Part shown: positions 18,483 through 27,528 of the stretch, piece after piece | Position numbering within the stretch: position 1 is the first letter of the stretch | Layout: every line of letters begins with the position of its first letter | NCBI GenBank assembly: GCA_964562175.1 | Contig: CAZLRV010000010.1 | Location: 1,344 to 65,343 of the forward strand | Reading direction: 5' to 3' | From: an uncultured Lachnospiraceae bacterium | GTDB lineage: Bacteria > Bacillota > Clostridia > Oscillospirales > CAG-272 | DNA: 64,000 nucleotides | Notes under the pieces: generated by a model | The model's database searches: none | What the model saw: the letters and a program-made list of their open reading frames with translations, nothing else | What the model was told of the DNA's origin: nothing | Program-made: the position numbers and the translations under genes

Positions 18483-19757
18483 ATGGAAGAAGAATATGAA
18501 AACGAGCAAGACTCGGAAAACGAGGAGCTTGAACCGGAAAAAGAGCCGAAAAAGCGAAAACGACAGCCGAAAATGCTCTCTTTGACCTCAAGCATTATAT
18601 TGATAATTCTTTCCTGCGTGCTTACGTTTCAAATAACATATGTTTCGCAAGCCAAGAAATACGAAAACGCACTCAATTCCGCATACGGCGACGAGCTTGA
18701 TCTTTCTTTGCTCGGCGAATTGAATTCGCTTTACAAGAACAATTTCGTCGGCAAGCTTGACAAGGATAAGCTCAATGAGGGAATACTTGAGGGCTATATA
18801 AAAGGCTCGGGCGACAAATACGGCAGTTACATGACAGCGGAGGAATTTGCCGAGCATAGTGCGACGATGAAAAACAACGCCGTGGGTATAGGTGTTTCGG
18901 TAACATACAACGCCGAGAACGATGCCATTGAGATCCTGCGCGTCTATAATGACTCGCCTGCCCTGACTGCGGGCGTAAGGGTCGGAGACCTTATAATTGC
19001 CGTTGACGGTAAAAGCGTTTCCGAGGTCGGATACAACGATTCGGTGGATGCCGTGAAGGGTGAGAAGGATTCCGTCGTGAAGCTTACCTTAAAGCGTGAC
19101 GGTTCAAATACGGAGGTCTCCGTAAAGCGCCGCGAGGTAACCATAGAAACGGTGGAATACAAGTTGCTCGATGACAATATCGGATATATAAGAATAACCA
19201 ATTTCTACGAAAAAACGCCCGATGAATTCAAGAGTGCCGTTCAGGCACTCAAAGATAAAAACGTATCGGGAATCGTGTTTGATGTGAGAGGAAACACAGG
19301 CGGCAGGCTCGATTCGATAACGAACGTGCTTGACTATCTGCTTCCCGAAGGTCCTCTTGTAAGAATTGCGGACAGCTCCGGCAATTTTGAAACGATAAGT
19401 TCAGATGAGGAGTGCATTGACATACCGATGACGGTGCTTGTCAACGGCATGACCGCATCTGCGGCAGAGCTGTTCACCTCGGCGCTTATGGATTACGATA
19501 AGGCAACGGTCATCGGAACACAGACCTTCGGCAAGGGTACGGTCACATCGGCTAAGCCGCTTTCCGACGGCTCGTGGGTATATATTTCCACGGAGCTGTA
19601 TTATCCGCCCTATTCGGATAATTTCGAGGGTGTGGGAATAACGCCCGATGTGGTTCTTGAGCTTCCCGACGAGGTCAAAAATATCAGCCTGTACAAGCTG
19701 AGCTATGAGCAAGACACACAGCTGAAAAAGGCTGTTGAAATATTAAAATCAAAATAA
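18483..19757 (+). CDS. ctpA: S41-family carboxy-terminal processing peptidase
   Basis: TM anchor, PDZ region (GDLIIAVDG), and catalytic regions GGRLDS, NGMTASAAE and TFGKGT. Start at the ATG at 18483, preceded by GGAGG. Confidence 0.85.
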   Translation: MEEEYENEQDSENEELEPEKEPKKRKRQPKMLSLTSSIILIILSCVLTFQITYVSQAKKYENALNSAYGDELDLSLLGELNSLYKNNFVGKLDKDKLNEGILEGYIKGSGDKYGSYMTAEEFAEHSATMKNNAVGIGVSVTYNAENDAIEILRVYNDSPALTAGVRVGDLIIAVDGKSVSEVGYNDSVDAVKGEKDSVVKLTLKRDGSNTEVSVKRREVTIETVEYKLLDDNIGYIRITNFYEKTPDEFKSAVQALKDKNVSGIVFDVRGNTGGRLDSITNVLDYLLPEGPLVRIADSSGNFETISSDEECIDIPMTVLVNGMTASAAELFTSALMDYDKATVIGTQTFGKGTVTSAKPLSDGSWVYISTELYYPPYSDNFEGVGITPDVVLELPDEVKNISLYKLSYEQDTQLKKAVEILKSK

Positions 19758-19787
19758 GTATAACATATAAGAAAGAAGGAATGATTT

Positions 19788-20264
19788 ATGTCAGAGCAGA
19801 TCTCAATAACAGAGGAAGGACTCAAAAAATTACAGGATGAGCTTGAATACCTTAAAACGACAAAAAGAAACGAGGTCAGAGAAAGCGTTAAGGTGGCACG
19901 TTCATTCGGTGACTTAAGCGAAAACAGCGAATACGATGCCGCACGCACGGAGCAAGCGCAGGTCGAAGCAAAAATTGCGGAGCTTGAGGATATGCTTAAG
20001 CGCGTTAAGGTATTTTCCGAAAGCGAAATAACGACGGACAGAGTAAACGTCGGTGCAAGAGTAACGGTCTTGAACGAAACAGACGGTAAGCAGACCGAAT
20101 ATATTCTCGTCGGCTCAACCGAGGCTAACCCGTTTGAGCATAAAATATCGGACACCTCGCCAATAGGCAAGGCGATAATCGGAGCCAAGGTCGGTGACAA
20201 GGTAACTCTTAAGCTTGCAAACGGTGAAAAAACGCTTCTGATAAAAGAAATAGGAAAACAATAA
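19788..20264 (+). CDS. greA: transcription elongation factor GreA
   Basis: 158 aa with GDLSENSEYDAA and the C-terminal SPIGKAIIGAKVGD motif. Confidence 0.92.
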   Translation: MSEQISITEEGLKKLQDELEYLKTTKRNEVRESVKVARSFGDLSENSEYDAARTEQAQVEAKIAELEDMLKRVKVFSESEITTDRVNVGARVTVLNETDGKQTEYILVGSTEANPFEHKISDTSPIGKAIIGAKVGDKVTLKLANGEKTLLIKEIGKQ

Positions 20265-20281
20265 GTAAGGATACCGAGATC

Positions 20282-21769
20282 ATGAGTGAACAAATAGAAA
20301 ACAACGAACAAGAACTGAGCGAGGTAGTGGCTATACGTCACGCAAAGCTTGACGCACTTAAAGAAAGCGGAAAAGACCCATTCGTTATAACAAAATACGA
20401 CGTTACCGCAAAATGCAAGCAGATAAAGGAAGAATTTGAGACTCTCGAAAATCAGACAGTAAGAATTGCCGGCAGAATGATGTCACGTCGTGACATGGGA
20501 AAGGCAAACTTTATAGATATTGCCGATTCCACCGGCATGGTTCAGGCGTATATAAAGATCGACGATATAGGACAAGAGCTTTTTGATGATTATAAAAAGT
20601 GGGATATCGGCGATATAATCGGTCTTGAGGGCTTCGTATTCAAAACACGTAGAGGCGAGATATCGGTGCATGCAAAGAATTTAGTGCTTCTTTCCAAGTC
20701 ACTGCTTCCCTTGCCCGAAAAGTGGCACGGTCTTAAGGACACGGACACACGTTACCGTCAGAGATATGTCGATCTGATAGTCAATGCCGAGGTTCGCAAT
20801 ACCTTTGTTTGCAGAAGCAAAATAATAGCCGAAATGAGGAATTACTTAAACGGAGAGGGCTTCTTGGAGGTTGAAACTCCCCTGCTTCACAATCAAGCGG
20901 GCGGTGCGGCTGCTCGTCCCTTCGTCACACACCACAATTCTCTCGATATAGATATGTATCTGCGTATAGCGCTTGAGCTTCATTTGAAGAGATTGATAGT
21001 CGGAGGCTTCGACAAGGTCTACGAAATAGGCAGAGTATTCCGTAACGAGGGCATGGACGCACGCCACAACCCCGAATTTACATTGATGGAGCTTTATCAA
21101 GCGTATACCGACTTTGAGGGAATGATGGATCTGAGTGAGAATCTTATAAGACATCTTGCAAAGACCGTCGTAGGCTCAACGCAGATAAAATTCGGAGAAT
21201 ATGATATAGACCTTGAAAAGCCGTTTGAAAGACTTTCCATGCTTGATGCCGTAAAGAAATATTCCGGCGTTGACTTCAATATTATAACCTCGCTTGAGCA
21301 AGCAAGACATGCTGCGAAGAATTTTCATATTGAATTTGAAGAGCGTCATAAGATCGGCGATATACTCAATCTGTTCTTTGAAGAATATGCCGAAAAGAAG
21401 CTTATTCAACCGACGTTTATCACACATCATCCCGTTGAAATATCACCTCTTGCAAAAAGATGCCCCACCTCACCGAATTATACCGAAAGATTTGAGCTTT
21501 TCATCGCAGGCTCGGAGCATGCCAACGCATTTTCGGAGCTTAACGACCCCATCGACCAACGTGCGAGATTTGAAGCCCAAGCGGCGCTCAAAGCACAGGG
21601 CGATGAAGAGGCTTGCGGCGTTGACGAAGATTTCCTCTGCGCCCTCGAATACGGTATGCCCCCCACAGGCGGTATCGGTATCGGCGTAGACCGCCTCGTT
21701 ATGCTCTTGACAAATAATACCTCCATCCGCGATGTTCTTCTCTTCCCGACAATGAAACCCATTGATTGA
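20282..21769 (+). CDS. lysS: lysine--tRNA ligase (class II)
   Basis: OB-fold N-terminus and class II motifs (FRNEGMDARHNPEFTLMELY, GIGIGVDRLVMLL). Confidence 0.95.
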   Translation: MSEQIENNEQELSEVVAIRHAKLDALKESGKDPFVITKYDVTAKCKQIKEEFETLENQTVRIAGRMMSRRDMGKANFIDIADSTGMVQAYIKIDDIGQELFDDYKKWDIGDIIGLEGFVFKTRRGEISVHAKNLVLLSKSLLPLPEKWHGLKDTDTRYRQRYVDLIVNAEVRNTFVCRSKIIAEMRNYLNGEGFLEVETPLLHNQAGGAAARPFVTHHNSLDIDMYLRIALELHLKRLIVGGFDKVYEIGRVFRNEGMDARHNPEFTLMELYQAYTDFEGMMDLSENLIRHLAKTVVGSTQIKFGEYDIDLEKPFERLSMLDAVKKYSGVDFNIITSLEQARHAAKNFHIEFEERHKIGDILNLFFEEYAEKKLIQPTFITHHPVEISPLAKRCPTSPNYTERFELFIAGSEHANAFSELNDPIDQRARFEAQAALKAQGDEEACGVDEDFLCALEYGMPPTGGIGIGVDRLVMLLTNNTSIRDVLLFPTMKPID

Positions 21770-21785
21770 CATATTATTTTTCAAA

Positions 21786-21831
21786 GCCGTAATTTGATAT
21801 CTTAAGATATCAAATTACGGCTTTCTTTTTT
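21786..21831 (+). terminator. lysS Rho-independent terminator
   Basis: Perfect 36-nt palindrome GCCGTAATTTGATATCTTAAGATATCAAATTACGGC followed by TTTCTTTTTT. Confidence 0.85.
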
Positions 21832-21909
21832 AAGCTGCACTTTAGGATACGAGCCATGGTATAAAAGTCATGGTTTTTTGTCGCTTTAATTGTTAATAAT
21901 GTTTTTACA

Positions 21910-21931
21910 ATATATATATATATATATATAT
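21910..21931. repeat. (AT)11 microsatellite
   Basis: Uninterrupted AT dinucleotide run read directly from the sequence. Confidence 0.95.
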
Positions 21932-21935
21932 GATG

Positions 21936-21944
21936 TGATATAAT
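21936..21944 (+). promoter_or_regulatory. extended -10 element TGaTATAAT (copy upstream of the island operon)
   Basis: Perfect TATAAT with an upstream TG, immediately after the (AT)n tract. An identical element lies at 37250-37258. Confidence 0.45.
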
Positions 21945-22299
21945 CACATATATAGGAATCAACGACAAGATAAATTCGAAAACATTCGATGCTCTCACGG
22001 GGTCAAAAGAACGTCAATCATACTCAAGCAGAAAGCTTCGGGGTTTCTTTAATGAAAAGTCAAAAATATTATAGAATATTTTGTCGAAACACATCGAGCT
22101 TCCGTTCAAACGACGGTGTACCATAATAGAGTTTGATAATACATTCAGAAACGAAACAGCTTCTTGTTTCAAATACATAGTATGGAATCCGTTTATTCAG
22201 AACTATACCTAAGCCGGCGTCGAAATTGTCTGCCGTAGCAGCATAATCTGCGGAGATCATCAATGTGAATATCATAAAATATTGAAGGAGGCTAAAAGG

Positions 22300-25152
22300 A
22301 TGATCAAAGGAAATAAAACGATAATTGACGATTTTACGCAGTATCTCTCGGAAAAAGTATCTCCTTCTCAGCTCTCGGGGTTATACTTCTGTTTTTCTGA
22401 AATCGAGAATTTCTGTTTAAAAGTCAAAGTATTACATAAACCTCTATTTGAAACGACAGATTTTGAGACGATCAAAAAAGTCCGTCAAACAATAGAACAG
22501 AACAAGATTTTCAGAGTTACGCATAAGCGTCAGTATAATAAAATTCTGATTGCTTGCAGGCAATATTATCTTTATATCAAAGAAGGTCATTTTCCTCAGG
22601 GAGAGAAACAATTCAAAGAGGAATGTAAGGATCGTTCGAAAAATATTGAAGCAGCATCGCAAAAAAACGCTGTCGGTAATGCTTCCGTTGAGACACAAAT
22701 TGTACGAACAAATCAAGACGAGAGGCTTTTGCAGAAATATCCGATCGTTTACAAGCAAGTATACAATGCACTTATAAATGCCGGTTGTTCATTATCAATT
22801 GAAATTATCTGCAATAAGATCGGGCGTATTGCTCGCTCTGCGGTGCTTGAAGAGATATTGGATAGTGTAAGTTGGGCAAAGTGGGTTGAGAACGAGTATT
22901 CTTTTTCAACTGAAATTGAGGAGCATCACATTGTCGCAAACGAGGTCAATGAGAAATCAATAGTAAACGAAGCAAAAACCGCTGTTACCTACGTAATTGA
23001 TTTCAACAGTTCCTTTGATCTTACTTACTCCAAGCCTATATCATTCACCTATTTTGGAGCAAAAAAAGAATTCGGTAACACATGGGTCGATCTTTATATT
23101 GCTTTTTTCGAGGCAATTCACGAGGATCATCATCATTTGTTGAAGCCCGGTATGTCATTCTCAAAAACAGGCACACGAGTTGAACTTGCGGAAAATACAA
23201 ATTACGATCTCATGATCGATCCAAAGCATATTCCCGGAACGAATCTAATGCTGGAAACCAATGTTAGTGCAAAAGATGTTGCTTCCAAAATCAAATACGT
23301 TCTTGAGCTGTGCGGCATTGACTTTGAAAATATTATAATCGGTTACATTAAAAAGAATGACGTTTCCCCCTCAAAGGAAGAGTGTCCCACTAATCCATCA
23401 AGAAGAGGAGCAAGCGGCTATAGCGCTGATTTTTACAATTTTCTATCAAAGAGATTAGGAATGGCAGAGGCAACTTGCCGTAGCTACGTTTCGGCTATCA
23501 ATAACTGTGAATCATTTGCAAAAGAGCATCACTTTGTGTCTTGGCAACTATACGGAGTACAACAAACCGCCGCAGAAGAAACTATTAAGCTCCTAATGGC
23601 AGATGAAGCTTTTCAAAAGTATACTGCGAGCCAACATAACAGATTTCGCACAGCACTTCAAAAATATCTGTTGTTTGTTGGAAGCGAAGCTGTAATTCAC
23701 AGCACTGCACCGGAACCTTATAGAACCGAAGTTGCCGCACCATATAGAAATGAAGAATATGAGATGATGCTCAGCCGTTTTTTTCAAAAAGGATTTCGAA
23801 TGGAATCTCCGCTTGAGATACGAAAATTCAGGCGATACTACTCGTCAACTTACGAAAAAGAGCTTCTCGATTCCGACGATGAAATAAGCTGCAATATTAG
23901 GAAGCTTGCAATTGAATACGACGGAAAAGCTTTCTTGCCCGTTGCAATGCTCAATGATGAAGTTAAAGCTCAACTGTATGCCTACATTGATTCCGCATTT
24001 GCCGAAGGAAAAAAAGCAATTTACTATCAGGCATTATACGCAGAGTTTGCAGAAACTTTTCTTGACCACCATATTCATAATGCAGATATGCTTAAAGCGT
24101 ATTTATCTGCCACAGCTAATGGGAAATTCTATGTTCAAAAGAATTTTATATCAAAGGAAGAAAATGTAACGATAGATCCGCTCTCGGAAATTCGCAAATG
24201 CCTCATTGAGTATGGTAGACCCGTAGAATACGAAGAATTATTTGAAGCGTTACCGCACATACCGCAGAAGAAAATCAAGTATCTATTAGCAAGCAATGGA
24301 GAGTTTATAAATAACGGACAAGGTACTTACTTTCATGAAAAAACAGTACGGCTTTCGGATGATGAGCTTGAAAGCATTGCCGAAATTATCAGCTGTACAA
24401 TAGAAGACAAGGACTACATGGGCGGCAATGAGCTCTATGATGCAATTAAGGCGAAGTACGGTTACATTATAGAAGATAATAAGCTGCTATCCATATATGG
24501 CTTCAGAGACGCTCTGAGCGCAAAACTCGGCGATAGATTTTCTTTTAAGGGAAATATTATCAGCCGCTACGGCAACGAGTTATCTATGGCTGATGTATTT
24601 GCAAAATACGCCCAAACGCACGACAGCTTCACATTGTCTGAACTTCAGGAACTTGCTTCTAATCTGGCAACAGTAATTTACTTTGATGCCGTATACGAAA
24701 ACAGCCTGAGAGTCAGCAAAGAGCAGTTTGTATCTAAAGAAATGGCGCAGTTTGCAATCTCCGAGACCGATGATGTGCTTGATCGCATTTGTCTTGGAAA
24801 ATATATTCCGATTTGTGAAGTTCAAAACTTCGGAATTTTCCCATATGGAGGATTTACTTGGAATAGTTATTTGCTGGAACACTATGTTGCAAGTTATAGC
24901 CATAAATACAAGCTTCTTCACAGAGGCTTCAGCGAAACGGAATGTGCGGGCGCAATAGTACGACGTTCCGCAAATATCAATAGCTTTGACGATTTAATTG
25001 TCGATATCTTAGTCAACGACCCGATCGAATTGAACCAATCCTCGGTACTTCAGTACTTGAGTGACAAAGGATATCTTGTGCGAAGAAGATATTCCGAAAT
25101 TGAATCGCTTATGATCAAAGCGAAGGCACAGAAACAGAGGAGGGGCGACTAA
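22300..25152 (+). CDS. large uncharacterised protein, first gene of the BREX-like operon
   Basis: 950-aa ORF (ATG at 22300 after GGAGG; the track start is TTG at 22282). No P-loop or other catalytic motif seen. It has an internal duplication of an ~84-aa module. Its stop lies 2 nt before brxP. Confidence 0.7.
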   Translation: MIKGNKTIIDDFTQYLSEKVSPSQLSGLYFCFSEIENFCLKVKVLHKPLFETTDFETIKKVRQTIEQNKIFRVTHKRQYNKILIACRQYYLYIKEGHFPQGEKQFKEECKDRSKNIEAASQKNAVGNASVETQIVRTNQDERLLQKYPIVYKQVYNALINAGCSLSIEIICNKIGRIARSAVLEEILDSVSWAKWVENEYSFSTEIEEHHIVANEVNEKSIVNEAKTAVTYVIDFNSSFDLTYSKPISFTYFGAKKEFGNTWVDLYIAFFEAIHEDHHHLLKPGMSFSKTGTRVELAENTNYDLMIDPKHIPGTNLMLETNVSAKDVASKIKYVLELCGIDFENIIIGYIKKNDVSPSKEECPTNPSRRGASGYSADFYNFLSKRLGMAEATCRSYVSAINNCESFAKEHHFVSWQLYGVQQTAAEETIKLLMADEAFQKYTASQHNRFRTALQKYLLFVGSEAVIHSTAPEPYRTEVAAPYRNEEYEMMLSRFFQKGFRMESPLEIRKFRRYYSSTYEKELLDSDDEISCNIRKLAIEYDGKAFLPVAMLNDEVKAQLYAYIDSAFAEGKKAIYYQALYAEFAETFLDHHIHNADMLKAYLSATANGKFYVQKNFISKEENVTIDPLSEIRKCLIEYGRPVEYEELFEALPHIPQKKIKYLLASNGEFINNGQGTYFHEKTVRLSDDELESIAEIISCTIEDKDYMGGNELYDAIKAKYGYIIEDNKLLSIYGFRDALSAKLGDRFSFKGNIISRYGNELSMADVFAKYAQTHDSFTLSELQELASNLATVIYFDAVYENSLRVSKEQFVSKEMAQFAISETDDVLDRICLGKYIPICEVQNFGIFPYGGFTWNSYLLEHYVASYSHKYKLLHRGFSETECAGAIVRRSANINSFDDLIVDILVNDPIELNQSSVLQYLSDKGYLVRRRYSEIESLMIKAKAQKQRRGD

Positions 25153-25154
25153 TT

Positions 25155-27515
25155 ATGTATTCATATAATTGGGACGCAGAAACGGGAGGTCTTCTGCTGA
25201 ATACTTCCCCACTGACATTCAGCAAAGAACCTCGTCCGGTATATTATAAAGAACTTGACATTCTCGGGTTTGATAAGTATTGGAATTACGCAAAAGATGA
25301 CACATATCCGTATATGTGGGCAGAAGCAAACAATTACTTTTACAGGGGGCGGCTTGTTGCAAAGACAAAAGGAGGCAGTCTGTATACTGCACCTGAAATC
25401 ATTATTCTTGAGGATGCGGAACCCGACGGGGAGCCGCTCCGCTTCGTTGACATACCGGCAATGGTGAGCAAGAACCGTGATTTGATCGAGAAGCTCGCTG
25501 CTGATACCATCAAAAAAATCTATAACATTTATATAGATTATGCAGGGAGGGTAGATGTTTTCTATGTTGCATTCAGCGGCGGTAAAGATAGTATAGTAGC
25601 ACTTGATCTTGTGCAACGAGCATTGCCGCACAACAGCTTCAAGGTGTTGTTTGGGGATACTGAAATGGAATTTCCCGACACATACGATATTGTTGACAAA
25701 ATCCGCAATTATTGTATTCAAGAAGATATCGAATTTTTAAGATCAAAGTGCGATTTCCCACCTGAGTACACATGGCACAAATTCGGTCCTCCTGCCCAAA
25801 CAATTCGCTGGTGCTGTAGTGTACATAAAACTGCGCCTCAAGTTATACTTCTTCGAGAACACATGAATAATCCTCACTTTCGAGGAATGGCCTTTACAGG
25901 AGTTCGGGGCGATGAAAGCGTGTCAAGAAGTGAGTACGAAGGAGTCAGTCAAGGAGAGAAAATCCGAGGACAATATAGTTGTCATCCGATTTTGGAGTGG
26001 AACTCGGCAGAATTGTTTGCCTATATTTATGATAGAAATCTTCTGATAAATGAAGCATATAAAAAAGGAAACAGTCGAGCGGGTTGTTTAGTTTGTCCGT
26101 TAGCAGCATCCAAAAATATGTATTTTAAAGAGCAAGCGTACAACACCGGGTGCAACGGGCATAGGTCAACGGCAACATTTAACGATATCATCTTGGAAAC
26201 CACTTCGAAAGAACTCTCAGCTCCGGAAGCTATAAAAGAATATATGGATATCGGAGGCTGGAAAGCAAGGCGAAGCGGCAAGGAACTTTCTTTTGCCAAA
26301 AGTTATTCAACTGAGGTCTTTGAAAAAGGTATTCTCACAATTCATTTAACACAAAAAAATACTGATTGGAAACAGTGGATAAAAACAATCGGTGATATCT
26401 CATTTTTAGAAAATGGAGATGTCGATGTACTTTATCGTGGAAAATTATATCACATTGAAATCGAAGAAAATGATAAGGAACTCACAGCAGTTGTAAACAT
26501 CGGTTCAAATACACAAAAGGATATTTATTTTGCATCGGAACTAAAGACTATCTTTAGGAAAACTGCTTATTGCATCGGTTGTAGAGTTTGTGAGGCAAAT
26601 TGTCCAAATGGATTTATAACCATGAAAAACGGGTGCGTTACTATAGATAATCGATGTGTTAAGTGCAAGAAATGTCATGATATATTTCATGGTTGCTTAG
26701 TTGCGAACTCGTTACGATTGCCGAAAGGAGATAATAAAATGGGAAGCATAGATAGATATGGAAATATGGGAATTGAACTCAATTGGGTGAAAGAGTATTT
26801 CAAAACAAAAGATGAATTTTGGAATTCCCCACACAGTTTAGGAACGAACAAGGTTAAATACCTTAAAAGTTTTCTTAATGATAGTGAGATCACCGTGAAA
26901 GGTAAGCTTTCCGATTTCGGCAGAGTCATTGATTACATCGGTATAGAAAATACAGATGCATGGGCATTGATGCTCTGCAATCTTGCCTATACATCGGAAT
27001 TTAATTGGTGGGTAAAGAATATCAAATTCTCGATTATATACACTCCAGACACAATTTATGCGATGCTCGATGATGCAATGAGCAAAAATTCAAAATCGCA
27101 CATTGTTTCCGCATATAAGAATATCTTGATTTCAAATCCACATTTTGGTAACGAAATAGGGCTTGGAACTTGCGAATACGAAATTAAAAACGAAAAGCGT
27201 TTATGGAACAGTGTGATTAGGCTCGAGTGGAAAACGCCTAATCCTCTCGTTATCCTCTACAGTCTTTTTAAATTTGCTGAGGCTTGTGGAAATTATCACC
27301 AGTTCACGCTCTCTCGGTTGCTGAATCACGATATTGAAAGTGACGGCATCAGCCCTACCGAGATCTTCGGACTTGATAGGAAGCAGATGGAAAAGCTTCT
27401 TAGCGGTCTTTCCATTAACTACCCTGATTTCATCAACGCAAGCTTTACGCTTGATCTTGATAACATTACGCTAAATTGCGAAAAGACATCGCAAGATGTT
27501 TTGAAGCTGTTCTAA
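25155..27515 (+). CDS. brxP: PAPS-reductase/PP-loop ATP pyrophosphatase family protein with ferredoxin-type Fe-S motif (BrxP-like, DndC/SspD-related)
   Basis: PP-loop VAFSGGKDSIVALDL, then RWCCSVHKTAP, GVRGDES, and CIGCRVCEANCPNG...CVKCKKC. The long C-terminal extension may be DUF4007-like (inference). Confidence 0.8.
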   Translation: MYSYNWDAETGGLLLNTSPLTFSKEPRPVYYKELDILGFDKYWNYAKDDTYPYMWAEANNYFYRGRLVAKTKGGSLYTAPEIIILEDAEPDGEPLRFVDIPAMVSKNRDLIEKLAADTIKKIYNIYIDYAGRVDVFYVAFSGGKDSIVALDLVQRALPHNSFKVLFGDTEMEFPDTYDIVDKIRNYCIQEDIEFLRSKCDFPPEYTWHKFGPPAQTIRWCCSVHKTAPQVILLREHMNNPHFRGMAFTGVRGDESVSRSEYEGVSQGEKIRGQYSCHPILEWNSAELFAYIYDRNLLINEAYKKGNSRAGCLVCPLAASKNMYFKEQAYNTGCNGHRSTATFNDIILETTSKELSAPEAIKEYMDIGGWKARRSGKELSFAKSYSTEVFEKGILTIHLTQKNTDWKQWIKTIGDISFLENGDVDVLYRGKLYHIEIEENDKELTAVVNIGSNTQKDIYFASELKTIFRKTAYCIGCRVCEANCPNGFITMKNGCVTIDNRCVKCKKCHDIFHGCLVANSLRLPKGDNKMGSIDRYGNMGIELNWVKEYFKTKDEFWNSPHSLGTNKVKYLKSFLNDSEITVKGKLSDFGRVIDYIGIENTDAWALMLCNLAYTSEFNWWVKNIKFSIIYTPDTIYAMLDDAMSKNSKSHIVSAYKNILISNPHFGNEIGLGTCEYEIKNEKRLWNSVIRLEWKTPNPLVILYSLFKFAEACGNYHQFTLSRLLNHDIESDGISPTEIFGLDRKQMEKLLSGLSINYPDFINASFTLDLDNITLNCEKTSQDVLKLF

Positions 27516-27528
27516 GGAGAAATATGCA

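Larger units (their letters stand above)
21762..21990 (+). repeat. left copy of the island-flanking direct repeat (lysS 3' end, terminator, second hairpin, (TA)n, extended -10)
   Basis: Aligned by eye to 37073-37305. There are only 2 mismatches in the first 76 nt. Further on it is more diverged, with small indels. Confidence 0.8.

Noticed and set aside
19703-20341. 212-aa minus-strand Ser/Leu-rich ORF
   Set aside because: It is antisense to greA and spans the ctpA/greA/lysS junctions. It is a shadow ORF.
22069-22275. 68-aa minus-strand ORF between the left repeat and the first island gene
   Set aside because: Its start would lie only about 7-25 nt from the divergent start of the 950-aa gene, leaving no room for promoters. 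It has no RBS and no recognisable motif. It may be a gene fragment, but I cannot support it as a feature.
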